DNA of 28,240 bases from Candidatus Zixiibacteriota bacterium (lineage in GTDB: Bacteria > Zixibacteria > MSB-5A5 > GN15 > FEB-12). The notes beneath the pieces are model-generated. The model searched no databases. It saw only the letters and a list, made by a program, of their open reading frames with translations, and was not told the origin of the DNA. A program made the position numbers and the translations under genes. Below, piece by piece: positions 17,500 to 26,461 of this stretch (positions are counted from its first letter, which is position 1; each line of letters begins with the position of its first letter). The stretch is taken from NCBI GenBank assembly GCA_016213305.1, contig JACRAV010000403.1:1-28240 (forward strand), read 5' to 3'.

Positions 17500-19428
17500 C
17501 TAAAATTCAAATCTGGTTTCGTCAAACCCTTTTTTGAAATCGGGATTTTTTGGCTCACATTTCATACCCTTGGCATACCATTCGTTGGCCGCCTTGAAAT
17601 CGGCTTTCGAAGCGGTCTTGTTGCCGGCGTTGGCGACGGCCCGAAGGTGGTAGCTCTGCGCAATCCAGAGGATCAGAGTCGCATCCTTGCAGGACCCTTC
17701 CTTGGCGACGCAGTCGTAGGCGTCGGTGAAATAACCGAGCGCTTTGGTATAGTTTTTCTGGCAAAGATTGTCGCCGAAATAGGCGAATACGAGCGAGCGC
17801 TTGGCGATACAGTTCTTCGGTTCGACAATCAGAAGCTTCTCGAAGGTGGCCACCCCTTCGGTGCACTTGCTCAAGTTAAAGAGGTATATGCTTCCCAGTC
17901 GCAACAATACGCCGGCCTCGGTGGGTTGAAAATCGAGGTACTTTTCCAGATAGCCGGCGGCAACTTCATAATAGTTTCGGTCGGTGTTGACGGGGATGGC
18001 CGCCGCCGAATCGGTCGCTGGTGCGGAACCGCCGTCGTCGAACAGATTGAGGTCGTCGCCGGACTCTTTGTTGCCGGCCATTTTCAGGGCGCAATACCCG
18101 CCGTTCTTATAGACACTGGCCGAGGCCGAATCAACGCCGGCGGCGATTCGCTTTTCGTAATACTCGAGCGCCTGGGAATAACTCCCCAGATTGTGATAGG
18201 CCAGGGCAACGTTGAGCAGAACGCGTTTCTGCTGGGGATTGATTTCGAGAGACTTCTGGTAGTAGTTGACGGCGGCTGTAAAGTCGGTCGGCTTCTTGTA
18301 GAAGGCGCAGTCGCCGAGCAGTTGATAGGTTTCGTCGGCCGACGCGGTGCTGACAAAGTCGGATGACTGCTCGGACAGCCATTGCAGATGTTTGTTGAGC
18401 ATGCTGTCGGCGCGGTCGTACTGCTTGGTCCCCCAGAGCGCCTTGCCGTAATAGAAGTAGATGTCGCGCGGCTCGTAGTGAATGACATTCAGCACGGTGT
18501 CGAAGTAGGCCACGGCGTCTTCAAAGACATACAGATTGACCAGCGACATGCCGACCTCGAAGAAGGCGCGGACATGGGCGGAGTCGGGGGCGGCTTTGGT
18601 CAGATCAAAATACCGTTTGTAGGAACCGATAGTTTCTTTGAATCGGGCGGCGCGTTCGTCGCGGGTCTTGGAGGAAAGCCCGGCTTTGAAATAGATGCCG
18701 CCGGCTCGCATCCAGGCAGGACCGTAGGTGCTGTCCTTTTTGAGTACGACCGCCAGCTTCTCGATCGCGCAATTATACTCTTTCATGTCGAGGCAGGCCT
18801 CGGCCCAATGGTAGTACACTTCCGAGGAAGCCGTGTCCAGTTTCACCGCCCGCTCGTAGTTGCCGGCCGCCAGCGAGGGTATCCCCTGCTTGAGATTGGC
18901 GTCGCCCAGATTGATGTAGTATTCGGCTTTGGTGGAATCGTCGACAATGGCCTGTCGGAAGGCCTTATCGGCCTCGGCGTACGATTTCCGGGCCATCATG
19001 ACCAGTCCGAGACCGTTCTCAAACATGGCCCGCGCATCACGACCTTTCTTGATGCCCGATTCGAACACTTTCTGGGCGGAATCGAGTTTGTTCTGGCGCA
19101 GATAACTAAGTCCTAAACCGCACAGGGATTCCCAGTGGCGCGACTTTTTGTCGAGGGCCAGCTGGTATTGTTTCGCGGCGTCCTGAAAATTCCCCCGGGC
19201 AAAGTAGATCTCGCCCAGCGTGTAGTAGTTCAGATGGAAGGCCTTATCGACTTCGATTTCCTTGACAAGGAGATCGATGGCGCGGACCGTGTCGCCGCTC
19301 TTGAGAGCGGTTTCGATCACGGGCTTCAGCCCTTGGGCGCTCACCACAGGAGCGGCCAGAGTCGCCACCGTTACCAACAGACACGCCAGTGCGGCGTGAC
19401 CAACGAAGTGCATTCTCAAATTACTCAC
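17500..19428 (-). CDS. Secreted tetratricopeptide repeat protein
   Basis: Signal peptide (…APVVSA/QG) and many TPR-like helical repeats (e.g. YYINLGDANLKQGIPSLAAGNYERAV). Start taken as GTG 19428 (purine-rich SD-like sequence, GTGA overlap); ATG 19413 is the alternative. Confidence 0.88.
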   Translation of the reverse strand: MSNLRMHFVGHAALACLLVTVATLAAPVVSAQGLKPVIETALKSGDTVRAIDLLVKEIEVDKAFHLNYYTLGEIYFARGNFQDAAKQYQLALDKKSRHWESLCGLGLSYLRQNKLDSAQKVFESGIKKGRDARAMFENGLGLVMMARKSYAEADKAFRQAIVDDSTKAEYYINLGDANLKQGIPSLAAGNYERAVKLDTASSEVYYHWAEACLDMKEYNCAIEKLAVVLKKDSTYGPAWMRAGGIYFKAGLSSKTRDERAARFKETIGSYKRYFDLTKAAPDSAHVRAFFEVGMSLVNLYVFEDAVAYFDTVLNVIHYEPRDIYFYYGKALWGTKQYDRADSMLNKHLQWLSEQSSDFVSTASADETYQLLGDCAFYKKPTDFTAAVNYYQKSLEINPQQKRVLLNVALAYHNLGSYSQALEYYEKRIAAGVDSASASVYKNGGYCALKMAGNKESGDDLNLFDDGGSAPATDSAAAIPVNTDRNYYEVAAGYLEKYLDFQPTEAGVLLRLGSIYLFNLSKCTEGVATFEKLLIVEPKNCIAKRSLVFAYFGDNLCQKNYTKALGYFTDAYDCVAKEGSCKDATLILWIAQSYHLRAVANAGNKTASKADFKAANEWYAKGMKCEPKNPDFKKGFDETRFEF

Positions 19429-19703
19429 CCATCTTCCCTTACACAGAATGTTGAAAATACGATCTCTCCAACGAGTGTCAAGTCCAATTTTCTCTTGGCC
19501 TTGCGGACCAGAGATCGGCATGGCGCGGCGACCAGTTGCCAGACGCCAAGGGCGCGCCAGATGGCGAAGCAGGAGGCCGATGTAAAGGCCAGAAAGCGGG
19601 CATCGGACGTCAGGACATCGTCGAATGTGCTATCCACATAGATCACGGTAACCTCCAGAATCAGCGCCGCAACGAGATCAAGTACTCGTGTAATCAGGGC
19701 CAT
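19425..19703 (-). CDS. Candidate small two-TM membrane protein (92 aa)
   Basis: AAAGGA SD, MALITRVLDLVAALILEVTVIY…, a second hydrophobic segment, then RKAKRK; the stop overlaps the TPR GTG. Confidence 0.4.
   Translation of the reverse strand: MALITRVLDLVAALILEVTVIYVDSTFDDVLTSDARFLAFTSASCFAIWRALGVWQLVAAPCRSLVRKAKRKLDLTLVGEIVFSTFCVREDG
19454..19481 (-). promoter_or_regulatory. Putative promoter of the TPR-exbBDD-tonB operon
   Basis: TTGACA-N16-TATTTT. Confidence 0.5.
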
Positions 19704-20000
19704 GCTGTTCTGTCCTTTATACATTGCTACCGTCCAGTTCTTCCAGGCATTCTCCAACGGATCCTGCCCGCGACAGGTGGATTCTTCACTATGCTCACTT
19801 GATGTCAACCGACGTGCCAAGGATGGAGGCGCAATTGGTCGCGTGTAGCGTAATGCGCTGTACCACAGCAACATACAGGTAGCGGCAAGGGGTTGGGAGC
19901 GACGATTGAGGATTAAGGAATCTATAAAGAGGGCGCAGGATTTGCGCTGAGCATCGCCCGGAGAATTGAGTGCGACAGCAACATATTGCCACACATTGGA

Positions 20001-21185
20001 TTAGCGGAACGGCTTAGAGCCGGACCGGCGCAACCAATCCAGGTAGACTCGTACGTTTCCACTACCTGCGAAATCGAAGTACATGAGTCCGGAAAAGGCG
20101 ACGCGCCGCCCGTGGAAGTCTGTTGCCGGATGAAATCTCATCTCGGAAATGGCCTCCCGGCAGATCGACGCGACGATGGAACTCCTGTTGCTCATACGAG
20201 TCGGCCACGCCTGACCGGAAGTATCAAAGGTGCACCAGACACTGACCGGGCCGTAAGGCTTCCCAGTAGCCCGGTCAATCCCAACCGAATCAGCGTTCAC
20301 GGACGCGGGTATCGGGGGAATCATGACGCCCTCGGTATCGATCACCAGCCGGATAAGGAACTGCTCGACGGTACCGGCGGTGTCCTTTCCAGGCAATCCA
20401 ATAGGTCGGGTCGGGTAGCGGGCACGGGGGTGATAGATCACGACGGCATAGACGGTTGACGCAGTAAGTGTTTCGCCGACCCGCGCTGGGGTGTAGTCCG
20501 CCCAGTTGAAAGCCGAGGCGATTTGATCGGTAAACCCGACCATGGTAGTGCGCACCGTTTCGACCTGACCGGGTTTTCCGTCGGCGTTGACGTCAATTTT
20601 CAACAGCGCGTAAGGCAGGTCGGTCAGCGAGTCTCTTTTAGAGCAGGTGAAGAAGACGGGAGCCAGACGATTGAGGAGAGGGGACGAGACACTATTGGCC
20701 TGCAGACCCGCCGCATAAAGCCGGGGGTCGCCGAACCGTCCGCTATCGGTGACCGGTGTGGAAAGGCGCGCACGAACTGACCCGGCGAAAAGTGCCAGTT
20801 CGGCGGGTATGACCTGCGCCACCGCTTCTGAATCGCGCTTTCCCGGCACAAACTCCACCTTCCTCAGAATGGAATCTAGGAGGCGAATCAGGATCGAATC
20901 CTCCGCGAGTTGCCCGGTGACTGAAGTCACCGAGCCGTCGGCGGAAACGTGAAAGTTAATGGGTACCAGCAGATCGAATCGAGCGTAAGGGTTTACCGTC
21001 CTCGGCACAACCACCAGCGTCGATTTGGGATAGGCAAGCGCCACGCCCAAAGTCGCCGGTCGTTGCCGTTCCTCCGCCCCAAGCGCCACACCAGCGACAA
21101 TCAGAAGCCAGAGCAGGCAGGCGGACACTCCAGCGATGGTGGACGGACGCCGGCCTGCTGAATCTGTTGATCGTGTCATTGTCAC
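20001..21185 (-). CDS. Exported protein with three tandem TonB C-terminal-like domains
   Basis: Hydrophobic N-terminus (…VALG/AEE) and three ~120-aa repeats with the TonB-C pattern h-x-h-x-[DA]-x-x-G…(F/Y)xP. Start GTG 21185 or ATG 21179. Confidence 0.65.
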   Translation of the reverse strand: MTMTRSTDSAGRRPSTIAGVSACLLWLLIVAGVALGAEERQRPATLGVALAYPKSTLVVVPRTVNPYARFDLLVPINFHVSADGSVTSVTGQLAEDSILIRLLDSILRKVEFVPGKRDSEAVAQVIPAELALFAGSVRARLSTPVTDSGRFGDPRLYAAGLQANSVSSPLLNRLAPVFFTCSKRDSLTDLPYALLKIDVNADGKPGQVETVRTTMVGFTDQIASAFNWADYTPARVGETLTASTVYAVVIYHPRARYPTRPIGLPGKDTAGTVEQFLIRLVIDTEGVMIPPIPASVNADSVGIDRATGKPYGPVSVWCTFDTSGQAWPTRMSNRSSIVASICREAISEMRFHPATDFHGRRVAFSGLMYFDFAGSGNVRVYLDWLRRSGSKPFR

Positions 21186-21233
21186 AAGCTATACTTGGTC
21201 TGCGCCTATAGCAAAGTTTAATCCCTGTGGTAA
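21167..21233. promoter_or_regulatory. Overlapping divergent promoters
   Basis: Plus strand TTGATC-N17-TATACT (21167-21195); minus strand TTACCA-N17-TATAGG (21233-21205). Confidence 0.4.
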
Positions 21234-22735
21234 CAGTACGTCCCTCCCTCAGCCGCAATATCGTCGCTCTCTGGTCCGCTCTTGTTATACGTCTGGCCGT
21301 GGGGTTGGTCTTCGTGCCGTACATCGCCGCCTCGCTCGGTCCCTCCCGATACGGGGTCTGGACCGTGCTCTTTCAGATCATCAATTATCTGGCCCTGCTT
21401 GATTTCGGATTCGAGAAGGCGGTAGTGACCTTTGTTGCGTCGTTCTGGGGAAAGGGTGACCACGACGGAATCAACCGGACCCTGGCGACGTCATCCCGCC
21501 TCTACCTCTGGTTCGGCTTAGCCGCCTTCGCCGGGGCCTGCCTGTCCGCCTGGCTCCTCCTCCCCCATCTTCGGGCCGAGTCAACAGAGGTCTTACGCGA
21601 GGGTCAGATGGCGCTGGTGATTATCGGCCTCTTCACGGCTTTACGCTTCTGGTTCACGCCCGTGACTGCCGCACTGGGGGGATTTCAGAGGTACGACGTT
21701 GTCACGTCAGCGCAGGTGGTTGAGGACGTGGTAAGGACAATCGTGATGATTGTGCTTCTCGGGCAGGGGTACGGCCTTGTTGCTCTTGCCCTGGCTGTGC
21801 TCGGCTTTGGTTTCGTGAGAATGGGCATTTCAATATGGTTGTTAAAGTGCACTTTCCCCCAGTGGCGGCTGACGGTATCAAAAGACCCGGCGCTGGCCAA
21901 GGACCTCTTCTCATATTCACGAATCACGTTTGGTATCACGATTGCGTGGCTGATTATTTTCAATACCGACTCCATTATCCTTGGATTCATGGCATCCACG
22001 GTCGCGGCCGGAGTCTTCGCCCCGGCGGCTCAACTGGCGCTCTATTCGCGGCATCTAATCAACGCGATCGGGACACCGCTGACTGCCGCCGCCGCCCACG
22101 CCGGAGGGGCGGCGGATCTCAATCAAAGCCGCGAACGATACCTGAAGTTGTTCGGGGTGGCTTCATATGCGGGCTTTGCCATGATGGCAGGAGTCGCTCT
22201 TTATGCCGAGCCGTTCGTTAAGCTCTGGCTACCGGCCGGGTTCGAAGAAACGGCCCGTGCCATGATCATTCTGGCCGCCGGGTCGGCTGCCTTTCTGCCG
22301 CACATTCTTAGTAACGCCATGCTGTTCGCGCTCAATAGGCACCGATACCTGCTGATCACGGTCGCGATCGAAGCCGGCCTGAAACTCGTGCTGGCGATCG
22401 CGCTGGTCGGAAAATATCAGGTTACCGGGATTGCACTGGCCAATGCGATTCCTCAAGTGGTCATCTATATCGCGGTTTATCCCGTTCTGGCGGGGCGGGC
22501 GATAGGGATATCCCCATCGCTTCTCATCGGGCGTCAATTCAGAACCGCGGTGCTCGCCATTGTCTTCACTTTACTCCCCGGAAAACTGATCGGTCTGGCG
22601 TGGTCAGCCGACAACTGGGTCACTCTGGTAGCAAGCATGGTTGGAGCCGCAGTGATCTCGGCGGCCGGATTCTGGATTTCGATGTCGCCTGACGAACGAG
22701 CGGAGATTCGATCGCGTTTGCTACGTCGCTACTAA
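21227..22735 (+). CDS. Oligosaccharide flippase (Wzx/MOP-superfamily) protein
   Basis: 502 aa with about 12-14 TMs; N-terminal VPYIAASLGPSRYGVW, GGFQRYD and IFNTDSIILG motifs typical of polysaccharide export flippases. Confidence 0.85.
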   Translation: MVTVRPSLSRNIVALWSALVIRLAVGLVFVPYIAASLGPSRYGVWTVLFQIINYLALLDFGFEKAVVTFVASFWGKGDHDGINRTLATSSRLYLWFGLAAFAGACLSAWLLLPHLRAESTEVLREGQMALVIIGLFTALRFWFTPVTAALGGFQRYDVVTSAQVVEDVVRTIVMIVLLGQGYGLVALALAVLGFGFVRMGISIWLLKCTFPQWRLTVSKDPALAKDLFSYSRITFGITIAWLIIFNTDSIILGFMASTVAAGVFAPAAQLALYSRHLINAIGTPLTAAAAHAGGAADLNQSRERYLKLFGVASYAGFAMMAGVALYAEPFVKLWLPAGFEETARAMIILAAGSAAFLPHILSNAMLFALNRHRYLLITVAIEAGLKLVLAIALVGKYQVTGIALANAIPQVVIYIAVYPVLAGRAIGISPSLLIGRQFRTAVLAIVFTLLPGKLIGLAWSADNWVTLVASMVGAAVISAAGFWISMSPDERAEIRSRLLRRY

Positions 22736-22743
22736 AGGCCTCC

Positions 22744-22777
22744 AAAAGAAAACCCGCGTGAGGTTCATCACGCGGGT
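22744..22777 (-). terminator. Intrinsic terminator between convergent genes
   Basis: ACCCGCGTGA-6 nt-TCACGCGGGT 10-bp stem; the U-tract is on the minus strand. Confidence 0.8.
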
Positions 22778-22799
22778 CGGATCAAACTGAAATCAGTTT

Positions 22800-23873
22800 C
22801 TAGTTTATGGCCCTGGCCTCATCGTTGGGGCGGTCCCCCGAACAGTCCATCCGCCAGGCGCCGCGAATCGGCATGTTCATCTTGGGCGTGGTGAACCCGC
22901 CTGGAGGAATGCCTATCTCACCCATGACATCACCGACTTCCCCCTGCCCGTTGATCGTAAAGCGACCCTTGAACAGAGCATGTCCCGCGCCGCACATCAT
23001 GCACATGGTCGGATCATCATAAACCCAGGTTCCGAATAGCTCGCCGACTTCGGCGCCCGTCGTATCGGTGTACTTACCGACAAACAGCTGTTTGTTTTCC
23101 TCGGTGGTAAAGAACTTCCCATACACTTTGGGCATATTTACGGGAAGCGGCGGCATGGGCATCATACCCGCCGGAAGCCAGTACCCTTCGAACGGACCAT
23201 TCTGCGCGGTTGAGTCGCGATGCCAGACTCCCAGGATTCCTCCATGCGGACACTGCGGCCGGGGAACCTGACGAGCGAATATTGCCACGCCGTTGTGATC
23301 ATCAACTTTGTAGAGCGCGTTATATCGCACCAGGCCTGAAAGTGGAATTTCCAGCGAAAACGGCGCGGTGCTGAAGGCGAGGCGCGGTTCGACAAGATAG
23401 ACTATCCCCCGCTTCGCGAGGATGACGACGTTGAAGCCGTCAAAATCTCGGAACGTGGTCGAGGCCCAGGCGATGGTCGAGGAATCGGGGCTCGGAAGGA
23501 GCGAATCCTGCCCCTTCTCGAAACAGATGGCACTGCGGACTTTCAGACCGCCGACGGCGCCAAAATTGAGCTTTCCAGACCAGTCGGTCGGGGTGGCGGT
23601 GGAGTCGGTCGCTTTGGCGAAATGGCCCCAGATAAAGGTGGCTACAAAGACATCGAATCTTGTTTCAAACCAAACGACCCCCATATGAAAATCGGGCGAG
23701 GCCTGCGGATTGGTGAACTCTTCGGGACGATTCTGGTCCAGCACCACCTGCAAGTCCTTGGTCACCAGATCCGGCGAAGAATCTGCGACCGCAGGAGCGG
23801 TCGTTTTCTCCCCGGAACACCCAATGATGAGCAGTAACAGCGCTGTCGTCATCAGCAGAACGATTTTCTTCAT
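22800..23873 (-). CDS. Hypothetical lipoprotein
   Basis: MKKIVLLMTTALLLLIIG/C lipobox-like signal; AGGAG SD; no recognisable catalytic motif. Confidence 0.8.
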   Translation of the reverse strand: MKKIVLLMTTALLLLIIGCSGEKTTAPAVADSSPDLVTKDLQVVLDQNRPEEFTNPQASPDFHMGVVWFETRFDVFVATFIWGHFAKATDSTATPTDWSGKLNFGAVGGLKVRSAICFEKGQDSLLPSPDSSTIAWASTTFRDFDGFNVVILAKRGIVYLVEPRLAFSTAPFSLEIPLSGLVRYNALYKVDDHNGVAIFARQVPRPQCPHGGILGVWHRDSTAQNGPFEGYWLPAGMMPMPPLPVNMPKVYGKFFTTEENKQLFVGKYTDTTGAEVGELFGTWVYDDPTMCMMCGAGHALFKGRFTINGQGEVGDVMGEIGIPPGGFTTPKMNMPIRGAWRMDCSGDRPNDEARAIN

Positions 23874-23959
23874 GGAATCCTCTCCTTTATAGGGCGGACG
23901 CTATTGTAACCGGTACTGGCCTTCATGGTCGGGATATATCGACCAGCCAGACTCAATAT

Positions 23960-23989
23960 AATATACCGTACCCGGAATCCTTTCAGCAA
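23960..23989 (-). promoter_or_regulatory. Putative promoter for the lipoprotein gene
   Basis: TTGCTG-N18-TATATT. Confidence 0.35.
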
Positions 23990-24109
23990 CCATGAAATCT
24001 TTCGTCGGGCCATCAAAAACATACCGAAACTGTCTCCATCTGCCCATAAATAAGGGGCATCAGCGCTTAATAGACGAACAGGCCTCGAATTTTGTGGCAA
24101 TTGGGACAG

Positions 24110-24141
24110 AAAAAGAACCGCCGCCATGGGCATGGCGGCGG
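24110..24141 (-). terminator. Intrinsic terminator of the E1 gene
   Basis: CCGCCGCCAT-4 nt-ATGGCGGCGG stem followed by ttcttttt on the minus strand. Confidence 0.8.
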
Positions 24142-24166
24142 CATGGCAGAATCTCGATACCAACGA

Positions 24167-26461
24167 TTAATACTTGTCGTGCAGTTCCTCGACGGCCGCG
24201 ACAATCTTTGGCACGGTCGGCAGACAGGCTTCGTCGCCATCGACGCCATACGCCACGCGGGCGTCAATCGCGGTCAACAGCTTCACCGGGGCCTCGAGAC
24301 TGAAAAGCCCCTCGCCGCTGGTGATGATTGAGGCAATGGTGGCCGCCGCACCGCCTGCGAAGCGGTCCTCGGTCACAATCAGCACCTTGCCGCACTCTTT
24401 GGCGGTTCGGATGATACATTCTTCGTCGATCGGCTTGACCGTGCGGAGATCGACAATCCGGGCATGGATTCCTTTTTCCAGGAGAACTTCGGCGGCTTTG
24501 CGGCACATTTGCATGGTCGCGCCGTACGTGATGATGCCGACATCGGTGTGCTCCTCGTGATACACCTTGGCCACGCCAAATGGGATCAGTTCGTCGATAT
24601 CCGGTAGCGAGGTCTCAATCGGAACCCCTTCCCAGTCGCGGCGATTGTAGAGCGCCACCGATTCGCAGAACAGAACCGGATCATCGCAGGCCCAGGCGGT
24701 CTTGAGCAATCCGGCGGCATCGTGGGCGTTGGACGGCACCGCGATCAGTAGACCGGGAATATTCATCCAGGTGCCCAGATTTCCCTCGGAGTGCCAGAAC
24801 GCCCCGGCGCCCTGTTTGTACCCGCCGTAGGTAGTGCGAATCACCATCGGGAGGCGGAAGAGTCCGCCGGAACGCTGGTAGGTGGTCGCAATCTTGTCCT
24901 TAAGGACCTGATAGGCGGGCGACATATAATCGAGAAACTGGATTTCCGGCATGGGGCGGCGACCCTGATAGGCGTGCCCGGAGGCACGGCCGAGAATGCC
25001 GGCCTCGTCAAGCGGCGTGTTGAAACACCGGTTGTTGCCAAATTCCCGCTGGAGATTCTTGGTGGCCAGAAAGACGCCGCCTTTGCCTTTCAGCTTGCTC
25101 TGCTTTTCCTTCTCCTCGACCATGTGGCCAGAGAAGTCGGCGACGTCCTCGCCAAACAGGATGACATCCTCGGTCAGCTGGAACAGATCAAACAGAGTGT
25201 AATTGATTGCAAAGCGCATCGTCATCGGACCGACATGCTCCGGCACCTCCGGCGATGTGAAGTACCCCTTCTGATGGTACTCTTTGAACTTGGCGGCGCG
25301 GTCGATTTTGCAGGCATCGCGGTACTTTTTCCAGGTGGCTTTCACGTCCTCAAAATTGTAAGTCGACACCAGCCCCTCGATCAGCTCCCTAGTCTTGGGC
25401 ACAAAAGTGGACACGGCCCACTGCGACTCGGCGGTGATGGCGGTGTCCAGTTCGTCCCATATGTCGCCGATTTCCTCCGGTGAAATGACGCCATCCTCGA
25501 TAAACGCGTTACAGGTTTTGAGGATGCAGTCGTTGTAGGTGTGCCAATCGGCCTCGACCGGGTCCATATAGAACGTCTGATCGTCGGAGCCGGAGTGGGA
25601 GCCCTCGCGGGTGGTGCGCACGTTCATCAGCACCGGGCCATTGCCGGCGCGGGTGTACGCCTCCGCTTCCGCGGCTTTGGCCAGAGCATCTTTGACATCG
25701 GTTCCGTCAACCTGCAGAATTTTCAAGCCGAATCGCTGGAACCCCTCGAACGGCGTGGTCGGGTCCCCTTCGGGGAACTGTTCCTGCACCGAAACGGAAA
25801 TGGCCCAGCCGCAGTTGTAAATCGCAAAAATGGCGCGGGTCTTGTAGAACACCGAATAGAAGACCGACCGCGCGAATTCCGATTCCGAGGTCGAACCCTC
25901 GCCGATACAGCACATGGTGACGGCATCGGACGGATACGCCCCTCCCGGGAGATGCGACTGTTTGGAAATCGGCACCGGATGTTTGATTGCTTCCGACAGT
26001 CCGGCCGCTTCGATGGCATGGGCGCCGGTCGGCGAGGCCTGCGGAATGATCCCCAGGTCAGGATAACCGGGGTGGGCCGGAATCTGCTGACCCTTGTTCC
26101 GACCACGGGAATCGCCTATAGCTTCAAGCATCTTATCGCGGAGCGACGAGCCGCGGAACAAATCAAACGCCTTGTTGCGATAGTAGCCGACAAACGGATC
26201 GGTCGGACGCAGATTGACGGCCAGAGCAACGTCCATCAGCTCCTTGCCGCCACACCCGATGAAAAACCGATTGTATCCTTTGCGAAGCAAAAGCTTCTCT
26301 TCGCGCTCGACCCGTCGGGCGGTCAACATCACGCGAAGCATGTATTTGAGTTCTTCCGGAGTCCGGCCGGAATACGATTCAAGCGGCTGGTTCGGCTTCG
26401 GCTTGGACGGCAATTTGCCGGAGTAATTGCGAACTTTGTCAATCAGTGCGAGAACTTCCAA
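24167..26461 (-). CDS. 2-oxoacid dehydrogenase E1, fused alpha/beta subunits (branched-chain type likely)
   Basis: ThDP motif GEGSTSE…NCGWAIS; REGSHSGSDD loop; beta-subunit FGEDV, NTPLDEAGI, EIQFLDY, GAFWHSE, IVDLRTVKPID. TTG start with GAGGAGG SD. Confidence 0.9.
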   Translation of the reverse strand: MEVLALIDKVRNYSGKLPSKPKPNQPLESYSGRTPEELKYMLRVMLTARRVEREEKLLLRKGYNRFFIGCGGKELMDVALAVNLRPTDPFVGYYRNKAFDLFRGSSLRDKMLEAIGDSRGRNKGQQIPAHPGYPDLGIIPQASPTGAHAIEAAGLSEAIKHPVPISKQSHLPGGAYPSDAVTMCCIGEGSTSESEFARSVFYSVFYKTRAIFAIYNCGWAISVSVQEQFPEGDPTTPFEGFQRFGLKILQVDGTDVKDALAKAAEAEAYTRAGNGPVLMNVRTTREGSHSGSDDQTFYMDPVEADWHTYNDCILKTCNAFIEDGVISPEEIGDIWDELDTAITAESQWAVSTFVPKTRELIEGLVSTYNFEDVKATWKKYRDACKIDRAAKFKEYHQKGYFTSPEVPEHVGPMTMRFAINYTLFDLFQLTEDVILFGEDVADFSGHMVEEKEKQSKLKGKGGVFLATKNLQREFGNNRCFNTPLDEAGILGRASGHAYQGRRPMPEIQFLDYMSPAYQVLKDKIATTYQRSGGLFRLPMVIRTTYGGYKQGAGAFWHSEGNLGTWMNIPGLLIAVPSNAHDAAGLLKTAWACDDPVLFCESVALYNRRDWEGVPIETSLPDIDELIPFGVAKVYHEEHTDVGIITYGATMQMCRKAAEVLLEKGIHARIVDLRTVKPIDEECIIRTAKECGKVLIVTEDRFAGGAAATIASIITSGEGLFSLEAPVKLLTAIDARVAYGVDGDEACLPTVPKIVAAVEELHDKY

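Noticed and set aside
19704-20000. 5' part of the 189-aa ORF 19425..19994, or a structured RNA in this gap
   Set aside because: The upstream half looks non-coding and lacks an SD; I found no tRNA, SRP, tmRNA or riboswitch signature. An Infernal scan would be needed to exclude one.
22985-23010. c-type heme site in the lipoprotein
   Set aside because: The sequence is CMMCGAGH, not CxxCH.
25840-25870. SVFYSVFY apparent tandem duplication in E1
   Set aside because: Spacing across the ThDP motif equals the canonical length and the codons differ, so no insertion occurred.
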